Assembly: GCA_963718045.1 (NCBI GenBank)
Contig: OY970350.1
Span: forward strand, 510,001 to 542,000
Length of the DNA: 32,000 nucleotides
From: Candidatus Saccharimonadota bacterium
GTDB lineage: Bacteria; Patescibacteriota; Saccharimonadia; Saccharimonadales; UBA4665
Direction: 5' to 3'
Numbering within the stretch: the stretch's first letter is position 1; each line of letters starts with the position of its first letter. The translations under genes and the position numbers were made by a program. Below the pieces are notes generated by a model. That model saw nothing but the letters and a program-made list of their open reading frames with translations. It did not search any database and was not told the DNA's origin. Shown in pieces: positions 9,161-15,724 of the stretch.

Positions 9161-9422
9161 ACCAGTTAAACTATTATCCAGCGTCCCCGCAGTAGCAGTA
9201 GACGGTCATGGTATAGGGATAGACCCGAATACTGGTGTTGGCAATTTAGTCTTTATACAACTTGTAATGTCTCAGACGAAAGAACAGCCAAAAGATAAAG
9301 AATTAGAGGGCAATGTAGTTTCTAGCGTAAGATTAAGCCTAGAACAACTTGAAGGACTCAATACTGCTCTTACTAATGCTATAAAAAATTACAAAAACAC
9401 CAAAAAAGAAACAAAGAAGTAA
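9144..9422 (+). CDS. Hypothetical small protein, IS passenger gene 3 (DUF3467-like at motif level)
   Basis: 92 aa. The C-terminal VVSSVRLSLEQLEGLNTALTNAIKNYKN resembles the conserved C-terminal helix region of DUF3467. It overlaps the previous ORF by 17 nt. Confidence 0.4.
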   Translation: MAAQNKPVKLLSSVPAVAVDGHGIGIDPNTGVGNLVFIQLVMSQTKEQPKDKELEGNVVSSVRLSLEQLEGLNTALTNAIKNYKNTKKETKK

Positions 9423-9547
9423 CTATTATAGTTATTTCTTGGGTGGTGGAGCGGTTGCGATTTTCTTTAAAGCACGTTTAAAGGTAGTGTCTATTATGTA
9501 AGGCTTTTCACGCTTGAGTTTCTTAGCTGTCACATAACCATTTTAGC

Positions 9548-10435
9548 CTATAAGTTTCTTGTAAGGCAAATGTCGGCCGTTAATTCTAGTAAGCCAGTCA
9601 TCAAAACGCTCACCGCCGTCAACTCCCTAGTGTTCCAGCGATAGCTGTATTCCTTAACATAGAATTGAAGGTGTTTGGGGCTTACGCCGACATAGATGGC
9701 GTCAATTCCGTTCTTTAGATGACTCCAGTATCCCTCAATAGTGTTAGTATGTACTACCCCTTTAGCATATTCACCTTTAGAATGATTGACCCTGTAGTGT
9801 TCATATCCCATGTCAGGGATGAGGTGCTTGTACATAGGGAAGTAATCAGTATGAATAGTAGCTGTAGGGCTTACTGACTTTCTAATCACAGGTTCAACTG
9901 TACCACCAGCTACAAAAGGCATAACTTGAGCCTTTACGCTGCCACCCCTCTCAACCATACCGAATACTGGTACTTTAGTAGTGCCACGACCTGCAACTCT
10001 CTTACCAGCCTTACGATTACCCTCATAAGTCTCATCAATCTCTACAATGCCATCTAAGGGTTTCTCAACGCCATATTCCATAGCGTAACGTATACGGTGA
10101 AGTATGAACCATGCTGTCTTTTGGGTAACATCTAGATACTCAGCCAGTCTTATTGAGCTTATACCCTTCTTTTGTGAGGTTAGAAGGTATACGGCCATGA
10201 ACCACTTTTGTAGTGAGATATGGCTATCGGTGAAGATAGTACCGACTTTAGCTGTAAACTTCTTCCTACAGTCTTTACACTTGAATAATAGGCCATCTTT
10301 AAACTTATATGTATCTACTATGCCACAATGAGGGCAGTAACGGCCATTGAACCATCTAGTCTTTTCGAGGTATACTAGGCACGATTTCTCATCAGGAAAT
10401 TCTTTGTAAAAATTAACTAAATTTAATCCCTTCAT
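9548..10435 (-). CDS. IS1595 family transposase (N-terminal zinc ribbon + ISXO2-like DDE domain)
   Basis: CPHCG...CKDCRKKFTAKVGTIFTDSHISLQKWFMAVYLLTSQKKGISSIRLAEYLDVTQKTAWFILHRIRYAM is the hallmark N-terminus of IS1595/ISXO2-like transposases. 295 aa and apparently intact. Confidence 0.9.
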   Translation of the reverse strand: MKGLNLVNFYKEFPDEKSCLVYLEKTRWFNGRYCPHCGIVDTYKFKDGLLFKCKDCRKKFTAKVGTIFTDSHISLQKWFMAVYLLTSQKKGISSIRLAEYLDVTQKTAWFILHRIRYAMEYGVEKPLDGIVEIDETYEGNRKAGKRVAGRGTTKVPVFGMVERGGSVKAQVMPFVAGGTVEPVIRKSVSPTATIHTDYFPMYKHLIPDMGYEHYRVNHSKGEYAKGVVHTNTIEGYWSHLKNGIDAIYVGVSPKHLQFYVKEYSYRWNTRELTAVSVLMTGLLELTADICLTRNL

Positions 10436-10470
10436 TATGAACCTTTCTACCTCTATTCTATCAAATTATT

Positions 10471-10507
10471 CTGGGTCTGTCAAGTATATAAGCGGGAAAT
10501 ATTTTAA
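10471..10507. repeat. Right terminal inverted repeat (IR-R) of the IS1595-family element
   Basis: tgggtctgtcaagtatataagcgggaaatattttaat. Its reverse complement matches 8357-8393. Confidence 0.75.
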
Positions 10508-10579
10508 TAAATATTATTGACTGTATAACTAATATGTGGCATATTTTGGGTATATAAAGAGATTACTAGGGGAGAACTC

Positions 10580-11263
10580 ATGGTGCCTACGGCGCTACTA
10601 ATTGAAGATAACAGGGCGGTCAACGAGACATTGTCGGCCGCACTTAATAAAAGTTACAATTTAATATCTGTTGGTCTAGGCAATGAGGGGTTAAGTTTAA
10701 TTAAAAGTGAGACGCCAGAGTTAATAATCTTAGATCTAAATTTACCTGATCGATCAGGTCTGAGTATCTGCCGTGAAGCAAGAAAAATTGGCGTTAAGGC
10801 GCCAATTTTAATAGTCAGCGGTGACAGTAGATTATCTACTAAGCTAGAGCTATTTAGCGCCGGAGCTGACGATTACATTGTTAAGCCTTTTTCTTTGGGT
10901 GAACTGGAAGCTAGACTAAAAGCGCTACTAAGGCGCTTAAATACCTATAAGCAGATGTTATCCAGTCCCCGGACCCCTTCGTTAATCTTAGACAGGGCAA
11001 GTGAAAGTGTCAGCCGAGAAGGTGGTGAGCCGATTAGTTTAAGGCACAAAGAGTATGCCATATTGGACTATCTCATACAAAATGCCGGACACTGCGTAAG
11101 CCGGTCAAAGTTAGTTAGCCAAGTTTGGAAAAACAACTCCAAGCCATGGTCTAATACGATCGATGTTCATGTTAACAGCCTGAGAGATAAGATAGATAAA
11201 CCATACCCTAAGCCTTTAATTAGTACTGTGCACGGTGTAGGTTACAGATTAGAGAATAGGTAA
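10580..11263 (+). CDS. OmpR-family response regulator (REC + winged-helix DNA-binding domain)
   Basis: Receiver motifs (LIEDN, ELIILDLNLPDRSG, ILIVSG, KPF) and a C-terminal trans_reg_C pattern (LRHKEYAILDYL...IDVHVNSLRDKI...TVHGVGYRL). SD aggggag upstream. Confidence 0.92.
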   Translation: MVPTALLIEDNRAVNETLSAALNKSYNLISVGLGNEGLSLIKSETPELIILDLNLPDRSGLSICREARKIGVKAPILIVSGDSRLSTKLELFSAGADDYIVKPFSLGELEARLKALLRRLNTYKQMLSSPRTPSLILDRASESVSREGGEPISLRHKEYAILDYLIQNAGHCVSRSKLVSQVWKNNSKPWSNTIDVHVNSLRDKIDKPYPKPLISTVHGVGYRLENR

Positions 11264-11967
11264 TGTCTGGCGGAATATTATTGGTCAAGAAAAAGAATAA
11301 GTCTTCTACCAGCTATTTCTCTGATTGGGATAGAAATCTCTTAAGTTTAATCCATGAGTTAAGCGGTCCGATGACCTCAGCTAGATTAAACTTGGAATCG
11401 TTCGTTGAAAGCGAGGATAGGCAAAGCTTAGCCTTACTTGAGTCCAATCTTAAATTAATGGAAGATTATCTACAGTCAGCCAGGCAGCTCATTAAGAGGC
11501 AGCCTGTGCCAGCTAGGCCATTCTCGGTTAATAAACAGTTGGCAGATATTATTAAGAACTTAAGGCCCGTAGCCAGTCAAAGAGATGTCAGCTTAAACAT
11601 GAACGTCATTGAAGACTGTGCCCTCCATGGCAACTCAACTAGATTTAAGCAGATAATTAGCTGCTTTATCCGAAACGGGATTGAGGCATATGATGACTGT
11701 CTGCATAGCCATAAGTCTGTTACCATTGAGCATTACCATATCCCCTCTTATTTGGTCATTAGCGTAACTGATCACGGCAGCGGTATTACCGAGGAAGACA
11801 AGGCTAAGATTTTTAGGCCTTATTTTTCAACTAAGAGAACTTCCAGCGGCCTGGGTCTTGGTTTAAGCCTGGCTGCCGAATCAATCACCGAAGACTTTGA
11901 CGGACAAGTTAAGGTTGATTCAGACAAAACCCACGGCACCGTCTTTAGCCTGTATTTTGCCCGCTGA
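11263..11967 (+). CDS. Soluble sensor histidine kinase lacking TM and sensor domains
   Basis: H-box LIHELSGPMTSA, N-box FIRNGIEAY, G1 DHGSGI, G2 SSGLGLGLS. Only about 30 aa precede the H-box and there is no hydrophobic segment. The start overlaps the RR stop (TAATG). Confidence 0.86.
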   Translation: MSGGILLVKKKNKSSTSYFSDWDRNLLSLIHELSGPMTSARLNLESFVESEDRQSLALLESNLKLMEDYLQSARQLIKRQPVPARPFSVNKQLADIIKNLRPVASQRDVSLNMNVIEDCALHGNSTRFKQIISCFIRNGIEAYDDCLHSHKSVTIEHYHIPSYLVISVTDHGSGITEEDKAKIFRPYFSTKRTSSGLGLGLSLAAESITEDFDGQVKVDSDKTHGTVFSLYFAR

Positions 11968-12007
11968 TAAGTGATAAAATAGATTTATAAAAGCTAGAGC
12001 AAAGATT

Positions 12008-12385
12008 TTGGAAGAGAAAATAAATTTAAGGTCCACCCTTCATTTCATTGAAAGATGGCAGCTTTCAATTGTTCTCTTAATTTGTGCCGTAGGTATCTTA
12101 GTTGTTATATCCTTCAAGCTGGTTGATCACCACGGAGTTGGTCAGGGACAAGCAATTAAGCAAACCAGTGTTTCAGGTCTTAAGGTTAAGGCTGGAAGCA
12201 GTAGCGTGCTAAGCGGCAGCACCTTAACGGCCGACAGCCCGCCGGCTAGCGTTAATGCCAGTGTACAGTCACCATATAATCCAGACGGTATTTCAGGCAG
12301 GCCCATCCAGAGCAATGTAAATATAAACGACCCTAGCTTAAGCAACAATCCGCTAATTGAGTCCCTACTAGTCGGTCAACCTTGA
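12008..12385 (+). CDS. Hypothetical membrane-anchored Ser/Asn/Pro-rich protein (TTG start inferred)
   Basis: The ORF has no internal ATG and the track start is TTG. One N-terminal TM (LSIVLLICAVGILVVISF) is followed by a low-complexity tail. Weak SD. Confidence 0.35.
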   Translation: MEEKINLRSTLHFIERWQLSIVLLICAVGILVVISFKLVDHHGVGQGQAIKQTSVSGLKVKAGSSSVLSGSTLTADSPPASVNASVQSPYNPDGISGRPIQSNVNINDPSLSNNPLIESLLVGQP

Positions 12386-12410
12386 TAGAGATAAAAAATA
12401 CCCCCTAAAT

Positions 12411-12445
12411 GCGAAAAGAACTCGTTATCCGGAGATAAAGAGTTC
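12411..12445 (-). terminator. Intrinsic terminator-like hairpin (minus-strand orientation)
   Basis: GAACTCgTTATC-cgga-GATAAaGAGTTC forms 12 pairing positions with one mismatch. On the minus strand it is followed by TTTTCG. The plus-strand side has no T-tract. Confidence 0.5.
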
Positions 12446-12626
12446 CTCTCGTTGCTGACTGTCGTTAAAATTATTGCTAATTTTGTGACCTGCCCGCGCA
12501 GGATCTTTTTAGGGATCTTGCAGCCACCTCACAGTGGTACTTATTAGTCTACATGATCCCGACTTGGGCGCAAGTACGATTTCAAAAACCTTGGGATAAC
12601 TATGGGATAAGTTGTGGAAATGTTAG

Positions 12627-12938
12627 TCACTTAATGGGCCAAATAACAGTGGCCAAAAGGTTCTTTTTGCTTATCCACCCGAACTTTCGGCTGTCCGTTG
12701 AAAATGGCTCATTATCGCCCAAAATATAGACCTTTGAGCCTTCAACTGCCGACAGCCTTTTAACTATTTGCCGCCCCCTAGCTTCAACTACAACCAGCTT
12801 ATTGGGACGCGGTTTTAGCCAACTGATGGCTACGACTATTTGGCCTGGCACTAGCGCGGGGCGCATACTATCGCCAACCACCCGTCTGACAAGTAGTTTA
12901 GGCTTTCTTTGTTTCCCAGAAGATATCGGCAATTTCAT
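12627..12938 (-). CDS. sodX: Nickel-type superoxide dismutase maturation protease (S26 signal-peptidase-like, SodX)
   Basis: VVGDSMRPALVPGQIVV catalytic-Ser motif, small size, and position immediately downstream of sodN. The track ORF overlaps sodN by 41 nt, so the true start may be the internal GTG near 12880. Confidence 0.75.
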   Translation of the reverse strand: MKLPISSGKQRKPKLLVRRVVGDSMRPALVPGQIVVAISWLKPRPNKLVVVEARGRQIVKRLSAVEGSKVYILGDNEPFSTDSRKFGWISKKNLLATVIWPIK

Positions 12939-13281
12939 CGATTTGGGCTATTAGCTTATCTGCTTCTTTTGGATCCAGACTGTGTTTAACATTTGACGCC
13001 TGCTTAATTGCTAACCAGAACTTCTGATGAAGATCAGGATGCTTTTCAAGATGTTCGGGCTTAAAGTAGTCTGCCCAAAGAACTAGAAGGTGGTGCTTAA
13101 CTAGTTCAGCTCTTTCTTCTTTAATAATGATGGCTCTAGTCTTATTGTGATCGTCTAGCCCTCCGTACTTCTCTAGTATGGCTTTAAGACTCTCAGCCTC
13201 TATCTTAGCTTGGGCTGGGTCATAGACTCCGCAGGGCAAGTCGCAGTGGGCATAAACTGGTTTAATAAAAGATAATTTCAT
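12898..13281 (-). CDS. sodN: Nickel-containing superoxide dismutase (NiSOD)
   Basis: Pro-peptide MKLSFIKPVYA followed by the Ni-hook HCDLPCGVYDP. The protein is colinear with Streptomyces SodN as I recall it, through to the C-terminal IFWETKKA. Strong SD aaggagg. Confidence 0.94.
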   Translation of the reverse strand: MKLSFIKPVYAHCDLPCGVYDPAQAKIEAESLKAILEKYGGLDDHNKTRAIIIKEERAELVKHHLLVLWADYFKPEHLEKHPDLHQKFWLAIKQASNVKHSLDPKEADKLIAQIDEIADIFWETKKA

Positions 13282-13326
13282 TAACTAACCTCCTCCTTAA
13301 TAGCCTCATTATATCTAAAAACGATG

Positions 13327-13968
13327 TTAAAGTTTGTTAGATTCCCGCCACTTATCTATTTCTTTGTGGTTGCCGGACAACAGAACGTCAGGAACTTTAA
13401 GGCCCCTGAATACTTCCGGTCGGGTGTAGTGAGGGTGTTCTTTAGTCTTGTCATCTCCCTGGTAAGATTCGTTTGAAGCGCTTGTTTCACCGCCTAAGAC
13501 ACCTGGTATCAGCCTAACAACCGAGTCAATAATGGCCATGGCTGGTATTTCTCCGCCCGTCAAGACGTAATTACCTACAGAGTACTGTTTATCTACCCAG
13601 TTGGCAATCCGTTCATCGTAGCCTTCGTAGTGCGGACAGACTAAGATTAGCCCTTTAGCCTTAGCCAGCTTGTTGGCTTCAGACTGGACATATGTCTTAC
13701 CTCTGGGCGTAGGCAGGATAACTAGAGCTTCCGGATCAGTTGCCTTGGCCCTTTCAATAGCTTTAACAATTGGCTCAGCTTTTAGGACCATGCCATCACC
13801 ACCGCCATAGGGAGTATCATCTACAGTTTTTCTTGGTCCGTAGCCAAAGTCTCTTAGGTCAACATATTCGTAACTAACCAGGTTATTTCGAGTGGCTTTA
13901 TCTAGCATGCTCGATTTAAGCACTGGATCAAACACATCGGGGAATAGTGTAATTATCTGAATACGCAT
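13327..13968 (-). CDS. trmD: tRNA (guanine37-N1)-methyltransferase
   Basis: MRIQIITLFPDVF..., DDTPYGGGDGMVL, VLTGGEIPAMAIIDSVVRLIPGVLG. 213 aa. Confidence 0.94.
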   Translation of the reverse strand: MRIQIITLFPDVFDPVLKSSMLDKATRNNLVSYEYVDLRDFGYGPRKTVDDTPYGGGDGMVLKAEPIVKAIERAKATDPEALVILPTPRGKTYVQSEANKLAKAKGLILVCPHYEGYDERIANWVDKQYSVGNYVLTGGEIPAMAIIDSVVRLIPGVLGGETSASNESYQGDDKTKEHPHYTRPEVFRGLKVPDVLLSGNHKEIDKWRESNKL

Positions 13969-13986
13969 ATTATCTTAAGATTATAC

Positions 13987-14010
13987 AAAAACACCGGGCA
14001 AATCCCGGCA
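13987..14010 (-). terminator. Intrinsic terminator/attenuator hairpin between khpA and trmD
   Basis: On the minus strand uGCCGGG-auuug-CCCGGug is followed by UUUUU. It lies about 20 nt upstream of the trmD ATG. Confidence 0.5.
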
Positions 14011-14075
14011 TTTTTGACACATAAATATCCCAACCTTTATTAAAAAGACGAGCATTGTTTATTTTATGTCTCTAT

Positions 14076-14104
14076 ATTATATCTGTTAAATCGTTTTTTG
14101 TCAA
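14076..14104 (-). promoter_or_regulatory. Consensus sigma-70-type promoter (TTGACA-17-TATAAT)
   Basis: Minus strand reads ctcTTGACAaaaaacgatttaacagaTATAATataga, starting 4 nt after the khpA stop. Confidence 0.55.
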
Positions 14105-14107
14105 GAG

Positions 14108-14593
14108 CTAAACATCTAGGTCGTCGAGATCTTCCAATTCCTTGCGGGTCTGGGATAAGCGGTCTGATGTAGTTTCTTTATCTTCTTCTGCTTCTTTAGC
14201 TTCGGTTTCAGTAGGTTCCTCGGTATTATCTACCGTGTCATCATCATCTTTTGGAGCGCTAGAACTGTCGTCGCTAGTATCTGTTGATGGCTGTGGACGA
14301 GAGGTTTGACGGTCATCGCTATATGATGGCCTGGCGTGTTCACCAATACCGTTATCTATAATCTTTAGGTTGTAGCGAGCATCATTTTTAGTGCCTAAGG
14401 CTCTTAGAAGAGTTCTAATACTTTGAGCAGTAGCACCTCTTTTACCAATTACTCTACCGAGGTCTTCAGGGTCAACTGTTAGTTCCAGTAATACTCCTTT
14501 TTCATCTATCCGTCTCTCGACCTTAACACTGTCTGGTTTATTAACTAATGATTTGACAACAAACTCGACAAACTGTTCATCAATGCTGCTCAT
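14108..14593 (-). CDS. khpA: KH-domain RNA-binding protein (KhpA/YlqC, UPF0109) with about 85 aa of acidic C-terminal tail
   Basis: VVKSLVNKPDSVKVE...LLELTVDPEDLGRVIGKRGATAQSIRTLL is the KhpA core. It sits between rpsP and trmD as in many bacteria. The tail is Asp/Glu/Thr/Ser-rich. Confidence 0.85.
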   Translation of the reverse strand: MSSIDEQFVEFVVKSLVNKPDSVKVERRIDEKGVLLELTVDPEDLGRVIGKRGATAQSIRTLLRALGTKNDARYNLKIIDNGIGEHARPSYSDDRQTSRPQPSTDTSDDSSSAPKDDDDTVDNTEEPTETEAKEAEEDKETTSDRLSQTRKELEDLDDLDV

Positions 14594-14644
14594 ACGGTAG
14601 TTCTCCTTTTTTTCTTCAACTTTTTATTATATATCAAAATCTGG

Positions 14645-15157
14645 CTACTTGTCTTCTGCTTTTTCGTTTGTGTCCGCTGTTACTTCTGGTTCGGCTTTAG
14701 TAGCTTTTTCTCCCGGTTTTTCGGTTGGTTCGGCTGCTTTTACTACTTCTGTTTGAATATTTTCTTCTTCGGAGACTTCAGGAACCGATTCTTCAGATGT
14801 TACCTCTTCTTTAGGTACTTCTGCCGTTGGTTCGGCTGGTTTTTTGGTAGCAGTTGAGCGGCGTTTTTCAGGGTTTCTGACAGCTTTTTTGACGTTGGGG
14901 CTAAAGACAACCCATTTCGGTAGTTTAATACCTTGAGATTTAAGAAGTGAGGCTACTCTTTTAGATGGCTGGGCACCGTTTTTTATAAAAGTTTCAGTCT
15001 TTTCCTTGTCCAATTTAACATCTTTTGTATGCGGATCGTAATGGCCTAACTGGGCTACTAGCTTACCGCTGGTTGGGGACTTTCTGGAATCTTGGACTAC
15101 TATTCGGAACATAGCGTGGCCGCTACGGCCGGTTCGTTGCAAACGGATAACTAACAT
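14645..15157 (-). CDS. rpsP: 30S ribosomal protein S16 with about 85 aa of Lys/Glu/Pro-rich C-terminal extension
   Basis: MLVIRLQRTGRSGHAMFRIVVQDSRKSPTSGKLVAQLGHYDP... is a canonical S16 N-terminal domain. Confidence 0.94.
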   Translation of the reverse strand: MLVIRLQRTGRSGHAMFRIVVQDSRKSPTSGKLVAQLGHYDPHTKDVKLDKEKTETFIKNGAQPSKRVASLLKSQGIKLPKWVVFSPNVKKAVRNPEKRRSTATKKPAEPTAEVPKEEVTSEESVPEVSEEENIQTEVVKAAEPTEKPGEKATKAEPEVTADTNEKAEDK

Positions 15158-15210
15158 TTAATAATTCTCTTTAAATTCTTTCCCTTAAATTAATCAAAAC
15201 AGTATTTGCT

Positions 15211-15239
15211 ATTCTACAGATTACCACCCCTTATGTCAA
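15211..15239 (-). promoter_or_regulatory. Sigma-70-type promoter upstream of rpsP (TTGACA-17-TAGAAT)
   Basis: Minus strand reads caaTTGACAtaaggggtggtaatctgTAGAATagc, about 55 nt upstream of the rpsP ATG. Confidence 0.55.
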
Positions 15240-15333
15240 TTGTTGGGATCGGAGACTGTCACACGACACCAAATAGTTACAGGATCTAGTCCTTACGGGC
15301 CCTCCATACCACCTATGTTTAAAGATCTCTCAA

Positions 15334-15609
15334 ATGGACGTCTTTTTGATGTATACTCTGATCATGTCATACGTAATCAGTTGTAAAAATAAATCCTGGT
15401 TAGTAACTGGCATCATAGGCCTGGTTGTTGGTATCGGTCTACTATTTCTGTCTAAGTACATGCTAACCAACTATGCGTACTCACTAGCTCAGACTCATAG
15501 GTCTCACGTGGTTAATGGTGCCGGACAAGTAATATCTTTGTTGGGTCTTATTCTAATAGTTGTGTATTTTGTTAAACTCTTAGTTTCTAAACAACAACGC
15601 AATAAATAA
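15334..15609 (+). CDS. Small membrane protein (2-3 TM), unknown function
   Basis: 91-aa hydrophobic ORF followed by a strong terminator. No clear SD. Confidence 0.42.
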   Translation: MDVFLMYTLIMSYVISCKNKSWLVTGIIGLVVGIGLLFLSKYMLTNYAYSLAQTHRSHVVNGAGQVISLLGLILIVVYFVKLLVSKQQRNK

Positions 15610-15675
15610 TTCGGATACCTTTAGCTGAGTTGCAACATTATTACATACGGCCCTCAGTAACGCTTGTAAATAAAT

Positions 15676-15711
15676 AAAAAAACACCGCTTAATAAGCGGT
15701 GTTTAGTTTTT
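15676..15711. terminator. Bidirectional intrinsic terminator
   Basis: 9-bp stem aaacaccgc/gcggtgttt with a 7-nt loop, flanked by an A-run and a T-run. It lies between the convergent genes 15334-15609 (+) and 15725-15919 (-). Confidence 0.75.
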
Positions 15712-15724
15712 ATAGGTATATTAA

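Larger units (their letters stand above)
8357..10507 (-). mobile_element. IS1595-family insertion element carrying three passenger ORFs (about 2151 bp)
   Basis: 37-bp imperfect terminal inverted repeats (33/37, the outer 17 nt identical) bracket an IS1595-type transposase gene plus three small plus-strand ORFs. Confidence 0.72.

Noticed and set aside
9432-9533. A 33-codon GTG-initiated minus-strand ORF just downstream of the transposase stop (VTAKKLKREKPYIIDTTFKRALKKIATAPPPKK). Its Y.I..T..F.K.LKK pattern resembles the N-terminus of RelE/ParE-type toxins.
   Set aside because: It is only about one third of a toxin length, has no SD and no antitoxin partner, and the resemblance is a short motif. 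At best it is a decayed fragment, and it is not supportable as a feature.
12485-12532. Possible SRP (4.5S) RNA. The hairpin contains CAGG on the 5' arm and GCAGCCA on the 3' arm, reminiscent of SRP helix 8.
   Set aside because: The apical loop is 8 nt (tttttagg) rather than a GNRA tetraloop. The GGAAGGAAGCAGC core is absent and the internal loops do not match the symmetric/asymmetric loop pattern. I kept it only as an unclassified structured region.
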